DNA of 64,000 bases, from the NCBI RefSeq assembly GCF_001194135.2, contig NC_068985.1, positions 73,635,128 through 73,699,127 of the forward strand. Reading direction: 5' to 3'. Positions 50,481 to 64,000 of this stretch are shown here, one piece after another. The notes beneath the pieces were generated by a model. That model did no database searches. It worked only from the letters and a program-made list of their open reading frames with translations, and was not told where the DNA came from. Made by a program: the position numbers and the translations under genes. Position 1 is the stretch's first letter; every line of letters starts with the position of its first letter. The DNA comes from Octopus bimaculoides (Eukaryota).

Positions 50481-53077
50481 GTAGAGTTGGTCAGCATCGA
50501 AAGACTGTGATTCACATAACTTATTAAGATGAACTTTATAAAATGTACCACTATACCTTTACGCAGATATAGCTAGAGCAGATTTTTTGAAGATGTTTAA
50601 AAGATTATTCTTGTCTTGAGCTTTAATATTATTTGGTATAACCAATCCAACGACCATATACAAGGTGCATGCAACCTTTGCGCGCATCCAGGATAAATCC
50701 TGGTGAGATCGGCGAACTATACACCGTTATCTCACCCGACGAATAGATCAAAACGTGTTTCCTCTTCTTATTTAGCCACATACAAAACATACTGATTGGT
50801 ACATCTGACAAGTGACTTCTACTATAGAATGAGGCCACTAGTGAGTGGATTTATTAGAAATAAACTAAAAAGAATCCCGTCACACACGCACATGTATGTA
50901 TGTCATCTTTCTATTGTTTATATATATGTAAGTATACGAAAGCAGTTCAGCTTAAGCGCCGTATAATGATTCAAAGAAATAAGATATGAAAGTTTATATA
51001 TATATATATATATNNNNNNNNNNNNNNNNNNNNNNNNNNNNNNNNNNNNNNNNNNNNNNNNNNNNNNNNNNNNNNNNNNNNNNNNNNNNNNNNNNNNNNN
51101 NNNNNNNNNNNNNNNNNNNNNNNNNNNNNNNNNNNNNNNNNNNNNNNNNNNNNNNNNNNNNNNNNNNNNNNNNNNNNNNNNNNNNNNNNNNNNNNNNNNN
51201 NNNNNNNNNNNNNNNNNNNNNNNNNNNNNNNNNNNNNNNNNNNNNNNNNNNNNNNNNNNNNNNNNNNNNNNNNNNNNNNNNNNNNNNNNNNNNNNNNNNN
51301 NNNNNNNNNNNNNNNNNNNNNNNNNNNNNNNNNNNNNNNNNNNNNNNNNNNNNNNNNNNNNNNNNNNNNNNNNNNNNNNNNNNNNNNNNNNNNNNNNNNN
51401 NNNNNNNNNNNNNNNNNNNNNNNNNNNNNNNNNNNNNNNNNNNNNNNNNNNNNNNNNNNNNNNNNNNNNNNNNNNNNNNNNNNNNNNNNNNNNNNNNNNN
51501 NNNNNNNNNNNNNNNNNNNNNNNNNNNNNNNNNNNNNNNNNNNNNNNNNNNNNNNNNNNNNNNNNNNNNNNNNNNNNNNNNNNNNNNNNNNNNNNNNNNN
51601 NNNNNNNNNNNNNNNNNNNNNNNNNNNNNNNNNNNNNNNNNNNNNNNNNNNNNNNNNNNNNNNNNNNNNNNNNNNNNNNNNNNNNNNNNNNNNNNNNNNN
51701 NNNNNNNNNNNNNNNNNNNNNNNNNNNNNNNNNNNNNNNNNNNNNNNNNNNNNNNNNNNNNNNNNNNNNNNNNNNNNNNNNNNNNNNNNNNNNNNNNNNN
51801 NNNNNNNNNNNNNNNNNNNNNNNNNNNNNNNNNNNNNNNNNNNNNATTCGCCTTTATATATTTATATATTTAATCCTTTATATTGAACACTCAATATTTC
51901 ATATATTCAATAAGACATATTCCATGTATTCAATAAGACATTCAATACTTCATTCCATTGTACCATCCATCTTTTTTTATATTATATATTATATATTCCA
52001 TATTCTATATCCCACATAAATTTTACAAGAATATAAATAAAAAACATAAAAAACAGACAGAGTTGGAACTCTTTTAAATAAAATAATATATTCCTCTATA
52101 CACGATCATACAAAACCCTTTTTTTGTATCTATTTTTACTCACACACACACACACACACACACATACACACACACACACACATATATATGTATACACACA
52201 TATATGTATTCTGTTTCTTCTAATTTATTTATAAATAGTCTCTAATGCTTGGTCGTTTGAATCATTATGACACTTGATTCACTTATAAATAAATAACTGC
52301 CGTTATTTTAATATATTTTTTTACATATAGCCTTGAAACATTTCCGCGAAACCTATGGCATTTAGATCTCGTTAACTTGTAAGCGAATTGTTTTATTACA
52401 GATATTCATTTTTATGAATCAATCTTTACGTGAATATGCTTCCCATCAATGGTTTATTATTCGTTCAGATATGAGATATGGTATATTGCTCTTGTCAAAG
52501 AAATGCAATTATTTATCGTTTTGGGACAAAAAATAGTCATTTTATTTATCAGACAATTTCTCAGACACAATATGTAAGTAGTACATTATTTAAATTGCGA
52601 TTTCATGGATATGTTGATATAAAAAATTGAACATCCGTCTAGAAAACTTCCTCTCAATTTAAAGGATAAGATCTGGGATATATGGAAAAAAAGGTATAAA
52701 CATTATTTTACATAATGTAGATTAGTAATTTTCGAATGGTCAACAAGAGTTAGTTCGTAGTAAAAACACTTCACAGCAGACAGTCATTAAGTACTCAGGG
52801 ATTTGTGTTTATAGGAGTGTCTCTAGACAGAATTGACAATTGCGTTTACTTATACGGCTCAGTTTCAGGTACTGATATTCTATCTAGCATAGAAATCATG
52901 GTTCTGCACGATGATAAACTTATAGATAAAGTGCGGAACATGCATTTCAATTTCTCAATGGTAAAATCACCAGTTATTGTATCAACTGTGTGGACAATAA
53001 GTGACAGTAAATTATTCAAATTGTTGCAGATTGGTCAATTTTAGCTTCATATTTTTTTATAGTCTACCGTACAGAAA

Positions 53078-53285
53078 CTCTTTTGCTCTTCTTCTTGTTT
53101 CAGTCACTTGACTGCGGTCATGCTGGAGCACCGCCTTCAGTCGAGCAAATCGACCCCAGGACTTATTCTTTGTAAGCCTAGTACTTATTCTATCGGTCTC
53201 TTTTGCCGAAACGCTATGCTACGGGGACGTAAACACACCTGCATCGGTTGTCAAGCGATGGTTGGGGACAAACACAGACACACAA

Positions 53286-53316
<31 letters not shown>

Positions 53317-53475
53317 CATATATACGACGGGCTTCTTTCAGTTTCCGTCTACCAAATCTACTCACAAGTCTTTGGTCGGCCCGAGGCTATAGTAGAAGAC
53401 ACTTGCCCAAGGTACCACGCAGAGGGACTGAACTAAAAACCATGTGGCTGGTAAGCAAGCTACCTACCACACAGT
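53078..53475 (-). mobile_element. SINE family A, complete reference copy with central (TA/TG)n
   Basis: 5' head, microsatellite and 3' tail are contiguous; used to identify the split copy at 150-1475. Confidence 0.92.
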
Positions 53476-53624
53476 CAGGCATGCGTTATTTTGTAGGTTG
53501 TACCACGTATTGAAAGATACGTAATTATTTGATTTGAAGGTGCGAAGGGAGGGAATTCTTTATTAATTAATGAAAATAAAATATTCAAAATTGATACGTT
53601 ACTATGTGGCTTCTTGTACGTGTT

Positions 53625-53775
53625 TACATTCTGAGTTCAAATTACCCTGGGGCCGACTTTGCATTTTATCGTTTCGTAGTTTGTAAAATAGGTACCAATT
53701 GAGTACTGAGGTCAGTTTACTCTACACAATCCTCCCCGAAAATTCCTGTCCTTGTCCCAAAATTTGAAATCAATA
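53625..53775 (+). mobile_element. SINE family C fragment
   Basis: ACATTCTGAGTTCAAATTACCCTGGGGCCGACTTTGCATTTTATC...CAAAATTTGAAATC. Confidence 0.7.
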
Positions 53776-54901
53776 TTAATTAACTCTAATATTCTCTTTT
53801 ATTTTCAGATGTTAAATTTCCAGTGATATATTCAGAAAACCACTTGCTTTCGAGCTTGTAATGAAGATATAACAATTAACATTTTCTAATACTGCCAGAC
53901 AACAAGGTTCTATTACAAAATCGAATTGTGGGCTTACTGAAGTGTTGCATCCGATATGGCTATTGGCAAAATTCAGGTATGACAGGTATTTGTATCCAAC
54001 GTCGCAGTTCGTTTAGGGTATTACAGAATTGGGTTGAATAAACTTTATTTTCATGACTGCTCTTGCTAATTAACTTCTTTCTTCTCTATTTAAACATGTT
54101 CTACCTTAGCATAACAAAATGTTCCTCGTTACAGTGGTTAAAAATGATTTGTTAGCAAATACTAAGAATGACATTGATGTTTGAAAATTTGTGTGGATCT
54201 CCTTCAATCGACATACGCAATGAAAATTAAAAAAAAAATCATTGACTACTATTGCATATATATTGAAGAGTCATTTGCACTTGCATGGTGAACTATGTGG
54301 GGAATGGCGAATTAATGTAGGTATATATTGTGAACATACAATGTTATTATACTCTGCAAAGAAACAGAAGTGTTGCAAATAGGAATCCATGTTAGGTATC
54401 CTACTCAAACCGAAATGTTGCTATCTTATAGATATATCGAAATGCTACTCTGATATCACATGATAAAAATAATTTTCATTCTTTGAACAATTTAATTGTA
54501 TATATGTACATCATTAGAAGACAAGTATTCACTATACTAAACAATTAACATGGTTGAAACTCAACATCCAATTTATATAAAATTTGACGAAAAGAATATG
54601 AATGAACATCTATACAATCTATATTTCTCAAATTATATAACATAACTTTCTCAATCTATAAGCTATATTATATGTTACGATTTTAATTACTACGTATTTA
54701 CCACCTAAGTAAATATATATATGACAATAAGTGATATAGAAATAATAGGCGGAATAAAATATAAAATGAGAATTATAGAGAAAATGAAAGCTGTCTCATC
54801 GGATTACATTGTAGATACGTGTGTGACTGTAAGCTTATATGTAGGTGTGTTTGTAAATTCACACACATCCACACATATGGTCAGAATTGAACTTTTTGCT
54901 T

Positions 54902-54956
<55 letters not shown>

Positions 54957-56356
54957 TATATACATACATGCGTAGATCGTTTTAAAGTGCATGTCAGGAA
55001 AAAGATACCTTCGCATATCTGTCAATAGAGTGGGTATATCATCCGAAGTGTAAAGTATTAGCCGTGATGTATTTATAATATTATACACTTCGGATATATA
55101 CATCAGTAAATAACTCGTATGGTATACACCTGGTAGTTTGCCGGTAAAGAACTACCCTGGCTCAGTGTTCATTGGGTATTTGATTAATGCGAGAGGCGGA
55201 AGGTAGAAGATACGAGAATCTTATTGATCGTTGCCCTGGCATTGAGGATTCCTACACATCTACTCTTTCAGTATATATGACCGTATTTATGTCCGTACAA
55301 CTGCTATATGTGTACCAGCGTGACCTAGAGAACCGCACCACAGAATCTGTATCTGTTCACCAATGAGAGTCCTGTCACTTGCTAGTAATACGCAGTGACT
55401 TTTTCAATATCTACCTAATTCTATGTGCGAGCGTATGTGCGCCAAACCACGCCTGTGTATGTGCTTGTATGTGTGTGTGTGTTTGTTCGAGCGAATAGAC
55501 GTACGCCAGACCGGGTATGTGTACGGATTTGTACATCCATGTTTACTAACGGTTATATCTAATATTTTTCGCGATATTATACGTGTTTCTTTTTGTATCT
55601 GATATTTGTTATGGATCTCCTGCGGGAATGAAGCTGTATGCCATAATTTGACATTTCTACATACGAAGATCAAGAAGAAATCTTGGGAATCAGAGTTAAT
55701 TTTAACGAGATGCCTCCTAATATCATCTGAGGAAACACATCTGCATCGAGAGATCGTTGCTAGATGGATCAATGTAATTGTAGAGATCTGTAAAGATTTT
55801 CGTATCTTTCCCCCTTTCATTTCTCTCATTAAAGAAATATACATACACACATACATAGATTCATATATATATATATATATATATACGTGGGGACTGGCAT
55901 TTCTTTGTTGCCAGTTAAACACACATACACACAGTATTTATTTGGTCTTCACTTCAGTTTTTTATTCGCTTATTTTTAGTTTATATGTCTGTGAAAGTTC
56001 TTCTGTCACATACTTTTGACCTCATTAATGATTCACTGTTCTATGTGTCTCCTCTGGAATAAAATGGAATAAGCGGGTCAAAAGGAAACACACGGAATGG
56101 AGAGTCACGGATAAAGTCAGAGAATGTGTGATGGAAGAATGTTCACAGACGAATAAGCTAAACATAACACAAATAAAATCTCAAGTGAAAATGAAATAAA
56201 TCGTACGAGCGTTTAATTGCCCAGGCATAACATTATCTGTTTAACACGTTCTCACTTCAAGAATCTTGCAAAATATATGCATACACACGCATGCACACAC
56301 AATCTCTCTCTTCCTTTCTCTCTCTCTCTCTCTCACACACATCTATCTATCTATAC

Positions 56357-56410
<54 letters not shown>

Positions 56411-59400
56411 ACGTGTATGCGTTAGTATATTTGAGGAAAGATATTCTTAAACTAAACTTATTGATTATACAAAAAATGTTATTTGTCGTTTGAACACAAA
56501 TATTATGAAACGGATTTTTTCATGTTAGCTAAGTATTTTTAGCTGCCTTTAACTTATAAAACGCTCTTATAAGTTAATCTGTGCAGAGGTGTTTTTTCTC
56601 ACTTGTGGTATTGAATACTTACGGTTTAATCTTCGATTTAGACTTCTTATTTAGTAATCTTCTCTTGCCTTTCGTTGAATTATTTTGATCTTTTATTTAA
56701 CATACTGGTCATCACTAACACAATAGATTTGCTTTGCTCCTTTTCGGCCATATAATTCGCACTGCATTTAGTACATGGATTGCAGTGACTGAGATTTTAA
56801 GTTTTCCCATTCATATGTGCAATTACCTTCAATGTTTTTAAATTTTGTCATATATTTTATTTTATTCTCGACAATAAATTCACACGTCCCTGAACGGAGG
56901 CCTTCCTGGTTTATTTCCTTATATTATTTACCACTAAGAGAAGCGAAATTCACACCAGAATAAGGTAAATGAAATATAATTTATAAGAAATTTAAATCCT
57001 AAAGGAAAACCGCACTTACTCGATTTAAAAATGCTACCTCTATACGAAGCATGATATAGCGCACATGTTTGAAAAGCTGAACCGAGCGACACGCACTTTA
57101 CACAGCACATGAAATTTTAGATATCATCCAAGAATTTTGTGTCAGTGGACTTTTTAAAAAATATTTATATGTAATTGATATTTACTTCCTCAGATATTGT
57201 GGTAGTACTAAGCGTGCTTTCTAAAATCTTTTTCAAAATACCCACAAGCACGCACCCATCACACACGCACACACACACACTCGCACACGCGCACGTACAT
57301 ATATATATGTTTGTGTATATATATATATATATATATACACACTCACACGTACACACACATATACATATATACAAAGATGTATGGATTCTGCGCTACTGTG
57401 TATTACACAATTCCATAAAATCTACAGAAGTGTAGTTAGATTTATGTGAGAGGTAATGCAGTTTTGTCGATTTAATTACTATTCATTAATTCTACATAAT
57501 AGTTGATTGATTAATAATACGCAAATATTTTCAAATTTAAGGATGCTCTAATTAATAAACCTCATTAGTGAAAATTCATTGTTGAAAGATATTCTATTCC
57601 ATTTTGTGAGCTTCTACATTTGCATCTTATTGTAAAATATCATTAATTATGACTAAGAGATTTGCTCATCTTAAAATTAATAGTTAAATGAAACGTCATT
57701 ATAATAGAAATAGCAAAAAATAATTATAATATCATTGAATTAATAAAGTTATAATAAAAAATGCATGCAGCGCAGTGTAATTTAACATATTTGCACTCCT
57801 TATATATATAGTTATATATTACAATTACCAATTACACATTTTCAAATTCATCCGCGATAGCATTACATATCATACATTGAATATGTAGCAACGATATTTT
57901 AGGATAAATTAAATTCACTATACTATTATAGAAGTTGGTTTTCTTCCACATTCAAGTAAACCGATGTATGTAACTTATGTTTCAACATATTATATTCTAA
58001 AACAAATGTCATAAAACAAAAATGATTCAGGTTAATCGTTGCTGCGCTACAAACATGAGATAATTGAACACTTATTTAACGTTATATACACTTCTATTCT
58101 AACTTTGGACTGAAAGTCATGGCTTGTGACCAAACTATCAAGAACTCATGAAACCATGTTAAACATTAGTGGACATGAGAAACTTGCTACAAAATCATTC
58201 GCGTTTAGAAACTGCAGGATAATTATGTCCACAGATATTAGTCTTCTGTGGTATATGGCAATAAACATTCTGTAATACTATGTTTCTGTGAAATGATATT
58301 TGAATTAATTTAGTCCCCACCAGGAATGAATACTTGTGAGAATACTTGTGAGAATACATGCGATTTCGTAACCTTCTCTTCACCCAACTCTATTTAATTG
58401 GTCTCCGATGTTCTTGCTTTCATTAATAAGCAATATAGAGTCACCGTGCACCATTTTAAATTAGAGGTTACTGATACACTTCTGCATTCATGAAAACCTT
58501 TGTCATTAATGAAACCATTATTTAATTAGAATTCTACTTCCTTTATATATTCCTCAAATTAGGTTTTGATGCAATCAATATATAACTCTAAACTCATTCT
58601 GGCAACAGTTATCATGATTACTTCCTTTTTACAAATGTTCTCTTTCAATAATATATGCTTATAATTAAAATCCTATAGTTTATCAAAGTAAAGCAAAATT
58701 CTTCTCAAGTCATAATATAATAAAATATTTCATAAAGAACCATAATCAGACAGATAAATATTATGACAGTTTTAGAAATGAAAAGTTAAATCAGGTTTAT
58801 TCAGACATTCCACAGGTATTGTTGATAACGATACTGAATACAATACTTTTCAAAATGACGAATTTCAGAGAGTTACATTACCACATATGACCAGCTGCTA
58901 GTTTGCATTTAAACCTACACCTAAATTAGATGTTTTTTTTTAAATTCACGATGTCACAACTATCCACACTCTATGGATAATATACCACGCCCATTAACGA
59001 AATTTTAAGACATACTTCCCCTATGATAGTATTGAATGTCATTCCATTCCTGTAAAATATAAATTAGAGGATTTACAAAATTCGGATGAAATTCCAGATC
59101 TTCAAGTGCAGTAGACGAAATTCTATATCAATACAGCTCTAAGCAATACAATGCGGAAATGAAATAATAAAATATGGAACAATTTATGCAAGATTTGACA
59201 GGCAAATAATAATTGAAGTGTATGAAAGTAAATGAAAAATGAAAATAGTGTTATAAAAAGTGATATATTTAATAATGAAATTTCGAAAATTTTAATTCAT
59301 TTAACATTCGTGATACAAAAAGCAAATAGTATTTTATGTTAATTACTTCCAGTAAAACAATTAATAACTCCAGAGATTACTAAAAATTAATTGATATTCT

Positions 59401-59649
59401 TCAGTAGCTTAAGGTGATGTATTACTGTTGGAATATATGCTTCACTGAAAAAAGGGTTATTTATTTTACGTCTTTTGCATTTGTAACTATATTATCTGGT
59501 AAAACAATCCTAAGCTTTCAAATACAGGCTTATCACGTGGTACGAAATGATCCTATAATTTTTAACGACCCAATTAAATATATCTTGATGTCAAAAATAG
59601 CAGCCGATTGATCACCCCCCCCCCCAGCCATTGGGATATTACATGAAGA

Positions 59650-60010
59650 ATGACTTCGCTTTTAGACACAGTTCGTGAAAATAACAAAAAGGAGAGAGTG
59701 GTTATACGCACCCCTGCCGAAGTCATTTACCCGAACACAAAACCCAGGACATTCCAATAGGGACACTATGACAACCAAAGTTACCAATTAATCACAATAT
59801 CCACTAATTCCTCCACAGCATATTGTGCAGCACACTATTGTAAACCATTTCATGGTCTACAAAGCAAGCGTAGACTACTTGGAAATATTCTCGTTGACCT
59901 GCTGTAAAATTAATATTTGGTAGTTTGTGCTGCGTGCATAGGAGTCGTCATTATTTTTCATCAAGCTTGGCCACGAAGATATTCCTACATCTCCTCTCCA
60001 GACATTCAGC
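59650..60010 (-). mobile_element. LINE reverse-transcriptase fragment (RTE-like)
   Basis: VYACFVDHEMVYNSVLHNMLW and LRQGCV..LSP correspond to non-LTR RT motifs; many stops. Confidence 0.6.
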
Positions 60011-60229
60011 CTAGGATTTAACAGGGATGCTCAAATTGTATGTATGTATGTATGTATGTATGTATGCATGTACGTTGTAAGTATGTGTGTATGTTTACAC
60101 ACTCACGCACGTACACACACATATTGACAAGTATGGATATTTGAAACGTAATGTTTTGGCGAAAGTACTTCAACTTCCGTTCCTTGAGAGAATAATAACT
60201 ACACTTCTAATGTTTTATTTGCAATTTAG

Positions 60230-60720
60230 ACAAAGAGCGAGAAGGTTGTTTTATAAATAAGACTGGAATAAACGAGTATGAAATATATGACACTTAGAAA
60301 TATGAGGTCATGAATGCATACCTTTCCAATATAAGGTAGGCGAATACTCCAGGTGAAAGTGAGAATGAGCAGGTAGTAGAAGAGAGTATAGTGTATGAGT
60401 TGGGATGTGGAAAGAAAAGTGTGAGATAACGTAAAAAGAATATATGAGATGTAGCCAAGCGAAAATGATAGAATGGCTGATAAATGAGAAGTATTAGACG
60501 ATGAAAAAGGAGTAGAAAACGGTCTTAAATAAAAAGGGGAAAAAATAAACATATACAGAGAAGAACAAACCGAATGGATGAATAGGAAGAAGGGGATGAA
60601 TAGAAAAGTTAATTAGGTGGAGTGTGAATACGAGTAGCTGGGCGTCGATAACGAATAGTAGAAAGGGCGTGAAAAAAAGGACGGCCGAACTATAAGCAAC
60701 CATCGGGGAGATGATTGCAG
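60230..60720 (-). mobile_element. Possible Penelope-like RT C-terminal remnant
   Basis: IRLPYIGKV motif within a pyrimidine-rich decayed tract; single-motif evidence only. Confidence 0.25.
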
Positions 60721-61488
60721 GAGTGAGTAATTAACACTTTCTAACTACGTGAGTATTGTGGTATTCAAAATTTCTTGAAGTCTTTAGGTTTTTATGGTGC
60801 GTGATATATGTAAATTCACTGTTTAAAATAAAATAATGCATATTAAAAAATATTATGCTTTAGAGTCATTTATAAAGATGCCATAAAGCGATTAAATTAT
60901 AATACAACATCTGAAATAAGATTAGAAATTAAAATTTAACTAATAAAATTAGTGTGATTTCAATATTAGGTTATGAATAGCTAATCTATGTGTTGGTTGA
61001 GGAAATGTAATTGTTGTTAAAACGAGTGACCGCTGAAATATATCTGAATAGCATAAATATTGCCTTTAGTAACTTTACTGAAAGGAAATCTTTCCACCCA
61101 ATTTACAATTAAAAACCCACCAAACTAAGCTTTCAATCTGATGTGAACTTTAATGTTTAATCAACAATTTCCTATCAGTATATGTTAGGCTTTTAAATGT
61201 TTCAGTGGTAAATGTTTACCATCAAATCTGCAGTTAAATTGGAGTTTTATTGCAAGGGGGGTCACTTTCAATGATATGCCAATGAAAGCATAAAGAACAG
61301 GAAAGCATCAGTGAGAACTCGATTGCACTTTCTCGACTGAATGTGCAAAACAACTCTTTTGCTTAATGCAATATTCTGGAATGTGTTTCGTGGGTTAATT
61401 TCACACCTAAAAATCAACAGAGTTTCATATACTACTTGGCCCCAAAACTTGTGATGCATATTGATTAATTTAAGCACTTGCATATTCA

Positions 61489-61511
61489 TGTGTGTGTCTG
61501 TGTGTGTTTGT

Positions 61512-61552
<41 letters not shown>

Positions 61553-61571
61553 TGTGTGTATGTGTGTGTGT

Positions 61572-61655
<84 letters not shown>
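61489..61655. repeat. (TG)n microsatellite
   Basis: Direct sequence. Confidence 0.95.
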
Positions 61656-61657
<2 letters not shown>

Positions 61658-62739
61658 TAACATGATCAGGAATCTATAAGTTTCTTCTTTAATTGATAAT
61701 TACACTATACGTTACCGACGATCGTTTCTGCTGTGCTAGTTTACTTAGACAGGGTAAATAGTACAAAATTTCAGTGAAATTTATATAACCGAAAATTAAT
61801 CTTAAAACAAAGTTATCAAGGTTAACCAAAACAGGTTGAATTCAAACCATACTGAAATGATATCGGTAATACATGAACGCATACGAAAAGAAGGCAAAGG
61901 AGAAATATAATACTATCAGAAGAAAAAACAAACAATTAAGTATTTAATGTTATGATAATGTCAGTTGATACTGAAGGAATAAAAGATTAAGCAGAAATTA
62001 TACGTAACGTCATTCAGTTATCTAGCTATTTACATGTTAAAAATTTAGTAAAAATGTGCTAATTATATTTATAGAAACAGCAACTATAATTAAGGTATTA
62101 AGGTATTCTTTACTATTCAAAATATTTAAATGTTTGTCTATATTTATGGGAACATTCCAACGCAAGACTGTTTCTACATTAAAAAAAAACTTTACTTTGA
62201 AGTGATTGTATATTTCCACTAGCAAAAGTCACGTTTAAAAATTACAAGCATCGTATGATGAAGCGTAACTAATAGTGGACTACTTTATACCGTAGTTAAT
62301 ATTCATGTCTTTCAAATCCCAAGTGCATTTTGTAAAATTCGTAGAATTATATTTCCTCCTAAACTTCAATGAAGAGTGATTTTATAATCTACACTTTCAA
62401 ATTGTTTCATAAGAACCAATGTAATAATGAGCACGATCCTCGTAACTAATATACATACACACACTACATTCTTTCTTAAACACTGATATTCTAGCGAAAA
62501 TTGTAATTTAATAAATGTCTCTCGTCAAATGTATTATTGAACTCTTTAAAATATCACGTTTTAGTTGAAGAATTTTGCTAAAATTTACAGTAAACAGTTT
62601 TGAATAATTTTGACAATTAATGCCTTAAAAACCTGCGAGAAATATTTCAACATTATAAAAATGTACATGTATTGTGATAAAAGACGGACTGCTATCGTAT
62701 ATGCAACTTGTAATGGAGACGAATTTGTAGTCAAACAGT

Positions 62740-62990
62740 TTTGGAGGATTCAATACTCACCTGACCATCTTTCTTTTCCTGCACGGACGTTCAAGAGAGC
62801 TGACGTGTTTTTCTCGCTCTCTACTACCTTTTCTCTTTTCAAAAAATGTTTCTCCCACCATGCACTATTTTCCTCTTGTTCTCGTTTAATGATCCTCGAT
62901 GTTTGTTTTCGTTCGGTTTACTTGTATGTCTCCACTGTCATGATTTTCTGCCCAACTTTCACCCTGTATAAATCCTATATTTTATTTTAG
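62740..62990 (-). mobile_element. Possible RTE LINE 3' remnant
   Basis: KREQEENSAWWEKHFLKRE...LNVRAGKERW loosely follows the RTE C-terminal RLRW.GHV.RR...V.G.R.RGRP pattern. Confidence 0.3.
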
Positions 62991-63144
62991 AATTTATGGG
63001 AGTAACTGTCTTTTAATGTCGATGAGGGGGCCTTTTTCTCCGTGTTTACTTGTCTTGATTTCCATTTTTTCTCATTGTTTACATATTTCATGTTATTTGC
63101 AAAGTCAGTGACGTCTCATATATGTACCCATGTATGCATGTGCT

Positions 63145-63180
<36 letters not shown>

Positions 63181-63921
63181 CANNNNNNNNNNATATATAT
63201 AATTGTTAAACAAGACGTCAAACATCTCAAGTCATATACAGGGAGAAATTCAAAATCTTACAGGTGTTTCTGGGATATCTTTGAGTACGGGATATTTCAT
63301 TATCAGAGACAAATCGGGGAAAAGTATGGAAAATGAGAATGGTATATATCAATAAGATGATAACATAGTGGAAGGGGGTAAAAGAATAAGTGTATGGAAA
63401 GAGAGAAGAAAAAAAGAGGCATAAAATTTCATAGTTCAAATTTCCATAGTTATAGAAACCAAGACATGAGTCATTAGGTGCAAACCTGCGTATATCCATG
63501 AGTGTAAGTCTTTAGGTGCAATCCTGCGTATATCTATGTGGGTTAAACTACTTATATAGTAGACATCCAAAGAAAAAGACGCGAACATATCAACGTTCAG
63601 TAACAGAATGGTAGCAAAGGTGGCTGTTAATTAGTAAAAGTCGAGAAAATAAAATAAATAGAAAGAAGGGTGGGTGGAGTGAGGTAGGGGTGATTTTAAG
63701 GATTGGCTATATGATAAAGTAATGTGCATGTGTGTATGGTGTCTAAAAATTGTGTATGGGGTAAGCGAGAAGATAAGAGAGAGGATGAGTTAGAGAAAGA
63801 TAGGGTAAAACAATTATAGGTTAAAAAAGTAGAGCGAAATTAAAGGAATTTAAAGAATTTAAAGGAATTTACCTAGCGTACCCAGTCGTTTAGATCACCT
63901 GTGAACTGAACTCCCATACTT

Positions 63922-63956
<35 letters not shown>

Positions 63957-64000
63957 TATTATTTATCATTTAATTGAACGCGACGCATCCATTTCCAAGT

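Noticed and set aside
55737-55805. Cyclin-box-like HREIVARWINVIVEICKDF
   Set aside because: Spacing differs from the cyclin box; no splice sites or further helices.

Overview
AT-rich, gapped eukaryotic draft-genome window. The SINE families, dense (TA/CA/GA/ATT) microsatellites and retroelement mix look like an octopus genome (inferred from recall of these repeats, not from a search). I find no confidently recognisable host protein-coding gene and no rRNA, true tRNA or CRISPR. Most ORFs in the track are microsatellite or N-gap artefacts, or decayed transposon frames. Supported content: many tRNA-derived SINEs of three families; at least six R4/Dong-like restriction-endonuclease LINE fragments, including a head-to-tail array in (TAA)n; RTE LINE fragments; Ty3/gypsy pol and LTR-PBS-gag remnants; a non-autonomous Helitron with both termini; MITE and foldback elements. 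The most notable items are (i) an internally deleted HERO-like retroposon nested in a SINE, (ii) two inverted-repeat loci carrying minimal type I hammerhead ribozyme motifs of the Penelope/retrozyme kind, and (iii) a candidate exon followed by a 27-nt exon that duplicates its 3' end.
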